Source: an uncultured delta proteobacterium
Lineage (GTDB): Bacteria > Desulfobacterota > Desulfomonilia > UBA1062
Assembly: GCA_963752595.1 (NCBI GenBank)
Contig: CAVVYZ010000005.1
Coordinates: forward strand, 256,001-320,000
DNA length: 64,000 nt
Reading direction: 5' to 3'
Position numbers and translations under genes: made by a program. Positions 18,798 to 27,659 of this stretch are shown one piece after another. Numbering within the stretch: the stretch's first letter is position 1; each line of letters opens with the position of its first letter. Under the pieces are notes generated by a model that was given only the letters and a program-made list of their open reading frames with translations, had not been told where the DNA came from and did not search any database.

Positions 18798-19051
18798 GAT
18801 ATGGAATACTTCATGGCCTGGGCAAAGCTGACCACTGGGAGCGCCTGAACTTCACTTATACCTTCCCCTTGGAAAGCACGAGCTTTCCAGGGCTTCTGCT
18901 TTTTACGTTTCTTTTTTGCACCTATTCCTGAGTTATTCAGCAGAGTTATCAGGTCATTTTATCAATACGCATAGTAAATATTTGGACCGTTTCTTCTGGA
19001 ATTCAAGAGATTGAGTGAGAATTTCGATTACTATTCATAGACCGTATAATT

Positions 19052-20305
19052 ATGAAAGATACTACGATAGACCAGCTTTATTTTTACCGGACGCTTTTCC
19101 ATAAGGCAGGCGGTGCCGTCTTTGTCCTGGACCTCTCCGGGACTGTCATTGATGTAAATGATATTGCCTGCAGCTTCCTCGGATACAGGAGAGAGAACAT
19201 GATCGGCAGGAAGATCCATGAAAACGACTCGGACATCCTGCAAGAAATAACTCCCGGGAAGATCAGCGAGATAACGGGGAAGAAGATGCTGACCTATGAA
19301 ACCCGCCACAGGGGCCCCGATAACAGAGTTGTTCCGGTTGAGGTAACTGCCCGGATAATCGACATATGCGAAAACCGGTCTGTTATGATCGTGTTCAGGG
19401 ACATTACCGAGGGGATACAATCGGAAATGCAGCTGCTGAAGACACACAGGGAGCTCGAAAGGACGAACATAGAGGTCGTCAAAATGTATGCCGAGCTGAA
19501 ATCCACCCAGTCCAAAATGCTGCATTCGGAAAAAATGGCATCCATAGGGCAGCTTGCTGCCGGGGTGGCTCATGAAATCAACAATCCCATGGGATTCATT
19601 ACCAGTAATCTTGGATCGCTGGATAAGTATTTCCTGAAGATCATGGCCTACATGGACGGGCTGGAGAAGGCCGTCCATGAGCTGGATGCCCGTAAGATCT
19701 CAGAAGAGTGCGGGCAGATGAAGCATCAGCTGAAGATTGATTACATAAGGCAGGATATCACCGACCTGATCAGAGAATCCCTGGACGGGGCCGACCGGGT
19801 AAAGAAAATCGTGCAGAACCTGAAAACCTTCTCACGGGTGAATGAAGCAGAGATGCAGAATGCAAGCGTGAATGAGTGCCTTGAGACGACTCTTAACATC
19901 GTGTGGAATGAGCTCAAATACAAAGCAGATGTGAAAAAAGAATATGGAGAGATCCCCCTGATACGATGCTATCCTCAGGAGCTCAACCAGGTGTTCATGA
20001 ACTTTCTGATCAATGCTGCCCAGGCCATAAAAGAACGAGGCGAGATAAGAATCAGGACCTTTATGGAAGACGGCTTTGTCAAGGTTTCTATTTCAGACAC
20101 CGGGGGCGGCATCCCGAAGAATAACATGGGAAGGCTTTTCGAGCCTTTTTTTACCACCAAGGAAGTGGGAAAGGGAACCGGATTGGGATTGAGCATAAGT
20201 TACGACATCGTAAAGAAGCACAAAGGTGAGATTACCGTTGAAAGCGAGGAAGGGAAAGGGTCCACCTTTACCGTATGCATACCGGTAACGGAAGGAGAGG
20301 CTTAA
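19052..20305 (+). CDS. PAS sensor histidine kinase (NtrB-like)
   Basis: PAS-RDIT, SEKMASIGQLAAGVAHEINNP, NQVFMNFLINA, FEPFFTTKEVGKGTGLGL. Confidence 0.93.
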   Translation: MKDTTIDQLYFYRTLFHKAGGAVFVLDLSGTVIDVNDIACSFLGYRRENMIGRKIHENDSDILQEITPGKISEITGKKMLTYETRHRGPDNRVVPVEVTARIIDICENRSVMIVFRDITEGIQSEMQLLKTHRELERTNIEVVKMYAELKSTQSKMLHSEKMASIGQLAAGVAHEINNPMGFITSNLGSLDKYFLKIMAYMDGLEKAVHELDARKISEECGQMKHQLKIDYIRQDITDLIRESLDGADRVKKIVQNLKTFSRVNEAEMQNASVNECLETTLNIVWNELKYKADVKKEYGEIPLIRCYPQELNQVFMNFLINAAQAIKERGEIRIRTFMEDGFVKVSISDTGGGIPKNNMGRLFEPFFTTKEVGKGTGLGLSISYDIVKKHKGEITVESEEGKGSTFTVCIPVTEGEA

Positions 20306-21144
20306 TGACGAGGTTTGATGAACATATCAGGATACTATGCGTGGATGATGAGAAGAATGTTCTCAAATGCCTTCAGCGCCTGTTCTTTGATGAGGAATAT
20401 GAGATCCTGCCTGCCGAGACAGCTGTTGAAGGTATGGAGATCCTCAAGGGTATGTCTCCTGTCCAGATCGTAATCTCGGACTACCGGATGCCGGGAATGA
20501 ACGGAGCGGATTTTCTCCGGCAGGTCTATGAGCAGTGGCCTGATACGATAAGGATCGTGCTGTCCGGATATGCCGATACCGCCGTGGTCGTAGAGGCGAT
20601 CAATGAAGGCCATATTTACAAGTTCATCCCGAAGCCCTGGAACGATGACGAGCTCAAATTGGTCATCAACAACGCCCTTGAGATATACTACCTCCATAAG
20701 AAGAACAAAGAGCTTACCGAAGAATTGAAGGAAGCGAACAATCAGCTTCTTGTCGTTAATCAGAACCTGGAGACTCTGGTGGAAGAACGCACCGCCGAAA
20801 TACGATTCCAAAACCAGGCATTGAAGGTTGCCCAGAACGTCCTTGACGCACTGCCTGTTGCGGTAGTCGGGATGGATAAAACAGGACTCATTGTCCAGTG
20901 CAATCAAATGGCAAATAAAATGCTCTGTGAAATCCCCGGGAGCTTGCTTGGCAACACCAGGAAGAATACGCTGCCGAAAGACGTTAACCGTATCGTCGAC
21001 AAGATCGTCGTGAATGGTTCCGGCATCGGCAGATGGGAAAGGAATGGGGGAGAGATTACGGTCAGAGGGGGTATGATGAGGTTCAATGGCGCGCAGGAAG
21101 TGGTGATCCTCGTCCTCTACGAAGATGATGATAAAAATGGGTGA
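20305..21144 (+). CDS. Response regulator (receiver, coiled coil, PAS-like domain)
   Basis: ILCVDDE, ISDYRMPGM, FIPKPW; C-terminal NVLDALPVAVVGMD PAS start; start overlaps the kinase stop (TAATG). Confidence 0.9.
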   Translation: MTRFDEHIRILCVDDEKNVLKCLQRLFFDEEYEILPAETAVEGMEILKGMSPVQIVISDYRMPGMNGADFLRQVYEQWPDTIRIVLSGYADTAVVVEAINEGHIYKFIPKPWNDDELKLVINNALEIYYLHKKNKELTEELKEANNQLLVVNQNLETLVEERTAEIRFQNQALKVAQNVLDALPVAVVGMDKTGLIVQCNQMANKMLCEIPGSLLGNTRKNTLPKDVNRIVDKIVVNGSGIGRWERNGGEITVRGGMMRFNGAQEVVILVLYEDDDKNG

Positions 21145-21170
21145 GAGGATACCGGGTAAGGAGCGTCTAC

Positions 21171-22484
21171 ATGGATGAAAAAGATATGCGGCTCGGAGTG
21201 CTCTTCGTCGATGACGAAGAGAATATCCTGCGGTCCCTGCGCCGACTGTTCATGGACGAAGGATTTGAGATATATATCGCCTCCGGTGGCGAACAGGGCC
21301 TGGAGATCGTACGGAATACCCCGGATATTGCACTCATTGTCTCGGATCAGCGCATGCCCGGAATGACCGGAGCAGAGTTCCTGGAAAAGGCAAAGATCGC
21401 CCGGCCGGAAACTTTAAGGATCCTGCTGACCGGCTACAGCGACATCAATGCAGTCGTAGATGCCATCAACAGGGGGGGAGCATACCGTTACCTTACAAAA
21501 CCATGGGATGACGAAGTACTCAAACAGAATATCCGGGAAGCGGTAAAGGTATTCGCGCTCACCAGGGAGAATCAGAGGCTGGGCGAGGTCATCAGGCAAC
21601 AGAACAAAAAACTCAAGAACTGGAATGCCGAGCTGCAGGAAATGGTGCAGGTGCAAACCATGGAGCTCACAAAACAGAATGACGAACTGAAGAAACTCAA
21701 TGAGAGGCAGCGATCTGATTTCAAAAGCATGATTTCTGCCATCTCGAGCCTCATCGAACTCAGGGACAAGCGCGTGCGCAGCCATTCGAAGAAAGTCGCC
21801 GAGACTTCAGTACGGTTTGCAAAAAAGATGGGAATGGAAAGCAGCGAAATTGAAGCCGTCCTGATAGCGGCCCTGCTCCACGACATCGGAAAGATCGGCA
21901 TCCCGGATGTCATGCTGATGAAGGACTTCGACGGGATGAGTCAGGATGAGGTGCAGGAATACATGAAACATCCTGTCAGGGGTCAGGCAGCGATCGATCC
22001 GATTGCGGATTTAAGACCTGTCGGAGTTCTCATCCGGCACCACCATGAACGGTATGATGGCCGGGGGTTCCCGGATATGCTTGCCGGGAAAGCCATCCCG
22101 ATCGGTTCCAGGATAATCGCCATGGCCGATTTTATCGATCACACAGCCTCGACTTATGGGGGAGATAATCTCTCGGAGGTAATCCTAAGCAAGTTGGAAG
22201 ACACTCTGGGGAAGCAGTTCGATCCTCAACTCATCAAGTATCTCAGGAACACGGTCGCCGAGGTCTATCTTGCAGATACTTCCATCAAGGATACTGTTGA
22301 GAAAGAGCTTGATGTAGAGCAACTCAGCAAGGGGTTGGTCCTCTCCCGTGATGTGGTGAGCGGGACAGGCCTTCTGCTCATGAGCAAGGGTGCCCGCCTT
22401 GACGATAAGCAGATAAAATCACTGCAACGTATATTTACGCTGGACCCCTCAAGAAGCGGGGTATTCGTGTGGTTGGACAAGTAA
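21171..22484 (+). CDS. Response regulator with HD-GYP domain (RpfG-like)
   Basis: VDDE, SDQRMP and KPW receiver motifs; HSKKVA, LLHDIGKIG, HHHERYDGRGFP, SRIIAMAD. The start could be GTG 21141. Confidence 0.9.
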   Translation: MDEKDMRLGVLFVDDEENILRSLRRLFMDEGFEIYIASGGEQGLEIVRNTPDIALIVSDQRMPGMTGAEFLEKAKIARPETLRILLTGYSDINAVVDAINRGGAYRYLTKPWDDEVLKQNIREAVKVFALTRENQRLGEVIRQQNKKLKNWNAELQEMVQVQTMELTKQNDELKKLNERQRSDFKSMISAISSLIELRDKRVRSHSKKVAETSVRFAKKMGMESSEIEAVLIAALLHDIGKIGIPDVMLMKDFDGMSQDEVQEYMKHPVRGQAAIDPIADLRPVGVLIRHHHERYDGRGFPDMLAGKAIPIGSRIIAMADFIDHTASTYGGDNLSEVILSKLEDTLGKQFDPQLIKYLRNTVAEVYLADTSIKDTVEKELDVEQLSKGLVLSRDVVSGTGLLLMSKGARLDDKQIKSLQRIFTLDPSRSGVFVWLDK

Positions 22485-22753
22485 GACCATGATCCGTAGA
22501 AGCAACGATCCGGTCAGACCTCCTTTAAGAAAGGTGACCATCTGCCGGATATCGTGCAGGGTTCGAAGCTTAGGCGTCCCTATATTCGTTATTTCATGAT
22601 TGCTTGAAGTAATAAGCCTCAAGCGCGATCCTGCTATTAAGCCCTAAAATTATACAGGAATCAGAAATTGATATTAAATATTAAATCTGGTAGCATCGGA
22701 ATTTCAATAGGGCATTTTGCAACACCTGTTAACTGCCGACAGAGGAGGATATT

Positions 22754-23482
22754 ATGGACAAGGCTTCCAGAAAAATCGGGTACATCTCGTGCGCTGTTCT
22801 CTTCTTCGCATCGCTTATGCTGGTGGGCTGGGGGTCAGACCTCACGATCGAGAAATCGAGCACCACGAAAAAGCTCGAAAGCCTGCCCCGTGCGAAAGGC
22901 GATAGAAAGGTCGTCACCATCTACGAATTCAGGTCAAGTGTTTCAGAAATCTCGGGAGCGGCGGCAACAGACATGTTCACGACTGCCCTTATAAAGTCCG
23001 GATCATTTGCCGTGGCTGAAAGGCATCGTCTCAACCAGGGCGTTGCCATCGAAAAGCAGCTCAACGCCCAAGGCCAGACCACCGGCCAGGTGGCTCAGTC
23101 CCAGCTTAAGGGCGCGGAATTTATATTTGAGGGCACGGTCTCGGAAGCAAACGCTAACGAGAGCAAGACCGGCATCGGAGGCGTCTTCAGAGGCCTCGGC
23201 CTTGAAACCAGCGGCGAGAAGGCGGTCATGGGGATCGATGTCCGGGTGGTCAGCGTTGCAACGGGAGAGGTTCTGGACTCCGTGAACGTCCGCAAGCCCA
23301 TCAAAGCCGGAGGCTTCTCCTTGAGCGGCGTCGGTTCGATCGTGCAGAGCTATTCGAAAAGAGACCTCCAGGGTGCTGACGTGGGCGTTTCGCATGAAGG
23401 CCGGGAAGGTGTCGATGAGGCGCTGAGGGCCTGCATCGAGGAATCGGTCTACCAGCTGGTGAAACGCTACGGCAAGGAATAG
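22754..23482 (+). CDS. CsgG/HfaB-family protein
   Basis: GAGGAGG RBS; VVTIYEF, AATDMFTTALIKSGSFAVAER, LKGAEFIFEGTVSE, GIDVRVVSVATGEVLDSV. Confidence 0.82.
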   Translation: MDKASRKIGYISCAVLFFASLMLVGWGSDLTIEKSSTTKKLESLPRAKGDRKVVTIYEFRSSVSEISGAAATDMFTTALIKSGSFAVAERHRLNQGVAIEKQLNAQGQTTGQVAQSQLKGAEFIFEGTVSEANANESKTGIGGVFRGLGLETSGEKAVMGIDVRVVSVATGEVLDSVNVRKPIKAGGFSLSGVGSIVQSYSKRDLQGADVGVSHEGREGVDEALRACIEESVYQLVKRYGKE

Positions 23483-23485
23483 GAA

Positions 23486-24700
23486 TTGAAGCCCTCCTGC
23501 AAAGGAACCGGTTTGCTCCTGCTGTTCGTTCTCGGAATGTACGCTCCGGCGGATGCCCAGACGGTCTTCGACATCGGCGGGCCCGGCGAGAGGTATGACC
23601 GGTGCGTTGTCGAGCTTCCCTTGGGCGGATATCATCACCACAACCAGATGCTTTACCCGACCAGGGGCTTCCGCTACTCCGGCAGCTACTCGCTCGTGTA
23701 TCTCGTCAACATCCTGCCCGGAGAATACAGCGTCGTTATGTCGTATCCGGTAGGAACCGTCAATCTAACCCCGGCGGTTTCTATTTTCGACCGGTGGCCG
23801 TATGACTCGCAGGCAAGGCGGTTCGATCTGCCCATGGGCCCCACGGTCAGGAGCAAACCGAAAAAGATCGAGTACCGGTGGCACGTCGGTATCTCTCCGA
23901 AGAGCACGAGCACGCTGCTCTACATATCCGTAGAGGTGCCTGCCGGGGGATACGGGTCTGCCGCCTTTCCCCACTCTGTATCCATCATAAGCCCCCCGTC
24001 GATGCCCGTGAACACCTTGGACAGAGGTGTGACGTTTCTGACAGGACCTACGGACCTTGTCCTCGCCAGCGGACAGGAAGCGGTTTCCTATGTGGTGGAA
24101 AGGCCCGAACAGGCCTTTGATACCTCGGCGCTGCCCGTATTGCCCATCCCCGGAGATCTCGTAAAGAACGGCTCATTCAAGGACGGCCTCAACGGCTGGC
24201 TCCCTCAGCGCGACCGCATCGCATCGCAGGATGTCGTCTCGTTCTCGCTCCAGGACAAGGCCTTAAGGATAACAGGCGCTTCGGGAAAGGTCCGGGAAGG
24301 GGTGATGCAGAAGATCAACGCCGATGTAACAGGCGCTGCTTCGCTTATCTTACGGGCAGACGTGAAGGTGATTGAACAGACCTTGGGGGGAACCGGGACC
24401 GATGGCAGTGATGCCCCCGTCGCCTTAGCCGTGGGCTACCGGGATGCCGCCGGCAAGGAAGTGAGTAAAGACCTGCTTTTCTGGAAAGGGTTCTATGCCC
24501 TCCCCCCTGAAGAGCCCAACAAGGCAGCAGCTGGACAGAAGGTCCCCAAGGGGGCCTGGTACCGCTATATCTTCGACCTCATGCAGCTCGATCCCAAGCC
24601 CGCGACTATCCTGTTCATCTCGCTCGAAGGCTCGGGATGGCCTGCCAGAGAGGGTTGGATAAGGGAAGTGCACCTCATCAAATCAGGTGGTGAAAAATGA
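23486..24700 (+). CDS. Exported protein with a C-terminal galactose-binding-like (CBM-like) domain
   Basis: Signal peptide ending PADA-Q; LVKNGSFKDGLNGW is typical of the start of CBM4/9-like jelly-roll domains; tightly coupled to the csgG-like gene. Confidence 0.6.
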   Translation: MKPSCKGTGLLLLFVLGMYAPADAQTVFDIGGPGERYDRCVVELPLGGYHHHNQMLYPTRGFRYSGSYSLVYLVNILPGEYSVVMSYPVGTVNLTPAVSIFDRWPYDSQARRFDLPMGPTVRSKPKKIEYRWHVGISPKSTSTLLYISVEVPAGGYGSAAFPHSVSIISPPSMPVNTLDRGVTFLTGPTDLVLASGQEAVSYVVERPEQAFDTSALPVLPIPGDLVKNGSFKDGLNGWLPQRDRIASQDVVSFSLQDKALRITGASGKVREGVMQKINADVTGAASLILRADVKVIEQTLGGTGTDGSDAPVALAVGYRDAAGKEVSKDLLFWKGFYALPPEEPNKAAAGQKVPKGAWYRYIFDLMQLDPKPATILFISLEGSGWPAREGWIREVHLIKSGGEK

Positions 24701-25393
24701 GAAAAACACTCGCAGTGTCGGCATTGTCGTGTACATTCGTATTGGCCGTGGCCCTTGCTCTTCCTGCAGGTCCGCTTGACAGGACAAACACCCAGCCTCG
24801 CACCAACCCCACATCTCAGTCCATGATCAGGGTCCCGGGCGTGGTAGGTACGGACTTGCAGTCAGCCATGTCATCAATCCAGCAGGCAGGCAAGCGTAAG
24901 CATCAAGCCTTCGAAGAAGAAGCCGGAAGGTTTCGAAGGCAAGGTGGTTTCCCAGGTGCCCGGGGCCGGAGGGATTGCGATGTACGGCACATCCGTAACC
25001 ATATATATTTACAAGGTCCAGAGCACAGCGGGTGAAAGTACGGGCAGCACCGGCACCACATGGGGCACCCACCCAATCCTCAGGCTCGACCCCGTCATAC
25101 GCCTACCCATCCACCGGGGCGACCGGAACCGCCCAGCCTCAGCAGCAATATTATCCTCCTGCTTCAACCGGGATGCCCGCGCAGGGCTCTCAGCCGTTCC
25201 AGGTTCAGCAGTATTATTACCCTCCCCAGGGATGACCGGGACGCCTGCACAGGATCAGTCGGGGGTAAACACGGGCAGCCCGCAGCCGAATGCACAGGGC
25301 GATCAGCAGGTTATCCCCGATGCAGCAGCTCCACCACAGGGGGAACCGGGTTCGACTCCTTTAGCGCCACAGCCTGCCCCCTCCGGGCAGTGA
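24697..25393 (+). CDS. Exported PASTA-domain protein with a P/Q/G/T-rich tail (frameshifted near 24890)
   Basis: Signal peptide; IRVPGVVGTDLQSAMSSIQQAG, then in another frame GKVVSQVPGAG..TSVTIYI, together forming one PASTA repeat; ATGA overlap with the upstream gene. Confidence 0.7.
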
Positions 25394-25440
25394 CGATTCT
25401 CCGTATGTTCAGATGACAGCTGGAGTCGGGCCGGGGAGAG

Positions 25441-25940
25441 CTAGTCCACGATCCATAAGCGCTTGAACCTTTTTTTCTCTTCATACCAGTAGAAAAGGCA
25501 ACTCTCCCTGCCTTCCTTGGAATAAATTATGCCGGGCAGATTCAGGGAGAACCGGTCAGGCTCTCCGGGATCGCAGTCGAAGTACATCCTGCCGCAGGCC
25601 GTATTGTATCTCCCCGGGCAGCAACCCTGACGCCGACCGCATCAAGCCACCAGGTTTCCTCCAGATTATCGAGGATACAGGTTTTATAGCCTTGCTTTTG
25701 CGAAACAAACGCAAATAGGGCGGATCCTCGGCCTGTCTTATTCACCAGCACCATTGCCTCATCAAGTATACCGTCACCATTGAAATCTTCACTGATCTTC
25801 ATGAAATGACGAGGTCCTTCCTTGCGGAAGCCTTGTTTGGATTCCTTCTGTGCAGGGGGTTGCCAGCCATCCGGGACCGGTACGGCAGCCATGCACAGCA
25901 CAGCCGATAGCATGAAAGTGAAATATTTCAGGTGCATCAT
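25441..25940 (-). CDS. Exported hypothetical protein (frameshift near 25610)
   Basis: AGGAG RBS, signal peptide and a DFNGDGILD Ca-binding-like motif. The shifted frame continues YNTACGRMYFDCDPGEP...FYWYEEKKRFKRLWIVD to the stop at 25441. Confidence 0.6.
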
Positions 25941-26400
25941 TGATTCTCCTGCTGCCGTGAAGGTATGCGATACACTCCTCATGACCGTGATCCGCATTCG
26001 CCGAGCTTTATGTTCGCTTTTCCTTATCGTCTGCACAACGGCTATTATAAGATGCTGTTTCATCATCAAATGAAAAGCCCGATACTCTAATACTGAATGT
26101 ACATGAGGTTATCAAGCAGCCTCTTGGGATGGGAATCTTGAAGGTACAGCAAGCTCCGCAGGGAGCAAAAAAGGGCGGACACCAAAAGAGTCTCGCTCAA
26201 ATGAAATACCCCTTAAGCAAGCTTAAGAGTATATCTGAATGAACAAAAATCCCATCCGGTTTATTGCGGCAACAATTAGTGTATCTTTGATAGGCTTGAT
26301 CAGCAGACTTGATTATCGGGGAATAAGAATTTTTCCAGACGTCCCGTTCGTTTTCTGAGAAAAGCAGCATGAAATACAAAACAGCAGGCATCTTAGGTTG

Positions 26401-26429
26401 TATGGGGGCAAGCAGAACCTGCCCCCATA
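26401..26429 (-). terminator. Stem-loop downstream of the cold-shock gene
   Basis: TATGGGGGCA ... TGCCCCCATA inverted repeat, 5 nt after the stop codon. Confidence 0.55.
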
Positions 26430-26434
26430 ATTTT

Positions 26435-26635
26435 TTAGGCTTTGTAGACGTTGGATGCCTGGGGCCCCTTATCACCCTTGGTTATGTCGAAGGTGACTTT
26501 CTGACCTTCTTCGAGTGACCTGAAACCGCTTTCTTTGATAGAGCTATGATGAACGAAAACATCGCTTCCATCCTCAGCTGTAATAAAACCAAAACCTTTC
26601 TGATCATTAAACCACTTCACTGTTCCTTTTGCCAT
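26435..26635 (-). CDS. Cold-shock protein (CspA family)
   Basis: GTVKWFN, KGFGFI (RNP1), DVFVHHS (RNP2), GPQASNV. Confidence 0.97.
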   Translation of the reverse strand: MAKGTVKWFNDQKGFGFITAEDGSDVFVHHSSIKESGFRSLEEGQKVTFDITKGDKGPQASNVYKA

Positions 26636-26953
26636 GATAGTAACCTCTTGTTCCAGTCCCCAAGCTCGGCAAAGCAGGGTCCTGCATTTGTATTTCTGAA
26701 AACAAAAGATATCGGTTCTGGAATATTACTTTCAGGAAGGGTGTCTTTTGGGCATCTTTCGGAAAACAAAATTCAAGTTCGATATATTAATGTCTCAGTT
26801 GAGAATCAAATAATTCATATAAATATCGTTGTCAAGGAGATTACCTATGTCATTTGAATTGCAGCCCGGAGAATTATAGAGATAAATATGATATGAGAGA
26901 TGCCGTCATGCTAAACACTCATCTGTTTTTCACCCAGCTGCGAAGACACGGAA

Positions 26954-27493
26954 ATGCCGGCAACCGGTAGCCGGGGCTATCCTTCACACCATGAAAGCCG
27001 GCTTACCCTGAAGGATGGCAGGGAGGTCTTCCTCAGGCCCGTCCTGCCTACGGACAATGATCTCGTCATCGATCTATTCAACAGGATCTCCCCCAGGTCT
27101 ATCTATCAGCGTTTCCTGGCAAACCTCGGTGCCCTCCCGGAAGACATGCTCCATCACTTCACTCACATCAACTACGAGACCGATTTCGCCCTGGCAGCGG
27201 TAATCGAAGAGGGGTGCAGTGAGGCAATCATTGCCGTGGGCCGATATGCGTACGATCCCCATGAAAACAACACCGATCTTGCCCTTGCTGTCCGCGACGA
27301 CTGGCAGAATCTGGGCCTGGGCAAGTTACTGCTGACAAGGATCATTGCCATCGCCAAAGAGCACGGCATCTCTCGTTTCGAAAGCATGATGGACACGAAG
27401 AACACCATCATGGAGAAGATTCTCAAGGACCTCGGGTATGAGGTGAGGTATTCCCTGCGGAGCGGTTTCTATCAGGTGGAGATACTTGTCTGA
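26954..27493 (+). CDS. GNAT-family N-acetyltransferase (Pat-type stand-alone domain)
   Basis: LKDGREVFLRPV, SIYQRF, AVGRY, VRDDWQNLGLGKLL (motif A). Confidence 0.88.
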   Translation: MPATGSRGYPSHHESRLTLKDGREVFLRPVLPTDNDLVIDLFNRISPRSIYQRFLANLGALPEDMLHHFTHINYETDFALAAVIEEGCSEAIIAVGRYAYDPHENNTDLALAVRDDWQNLGLGKLLLTRIIAIAKEHGISRFESMMDTKNTIMEKILKDLGYEVRYSLRSGFYQVEILV

Positions 27494-27659
27494 GCGATAT
27501 GCAAAAGGGCCTGCTGTTAAATCATACAAACCTAAAAAATCCTGTACAAAACAGGGACATCTTACCTGGCGGATGGATGTTTAAAAATGTATAACCTTTG
27601 TGCTATAGGAGGGATGCCTTAATTCATTTTTTCATAACAACGTATTTCTGGAGAAAAGC

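Noticed and set aside
22690-22745. Possible c-di-GMP-II riboswitch upstream of the csgG-like gene (TCGGAA..GGGCA..TGCAAC..CCGAC)
   Set aside because: It is only about 45 nt, the motifs have the wrong spacing, and no supporting stems were found.
26954-27493. GNAT next to glnS as a tRNA-acetylating toxin
   Set aside because: The sequence fits a Pat-type GNAT domain, and there is no adjacent RHH/DUF1778 antitoxin.
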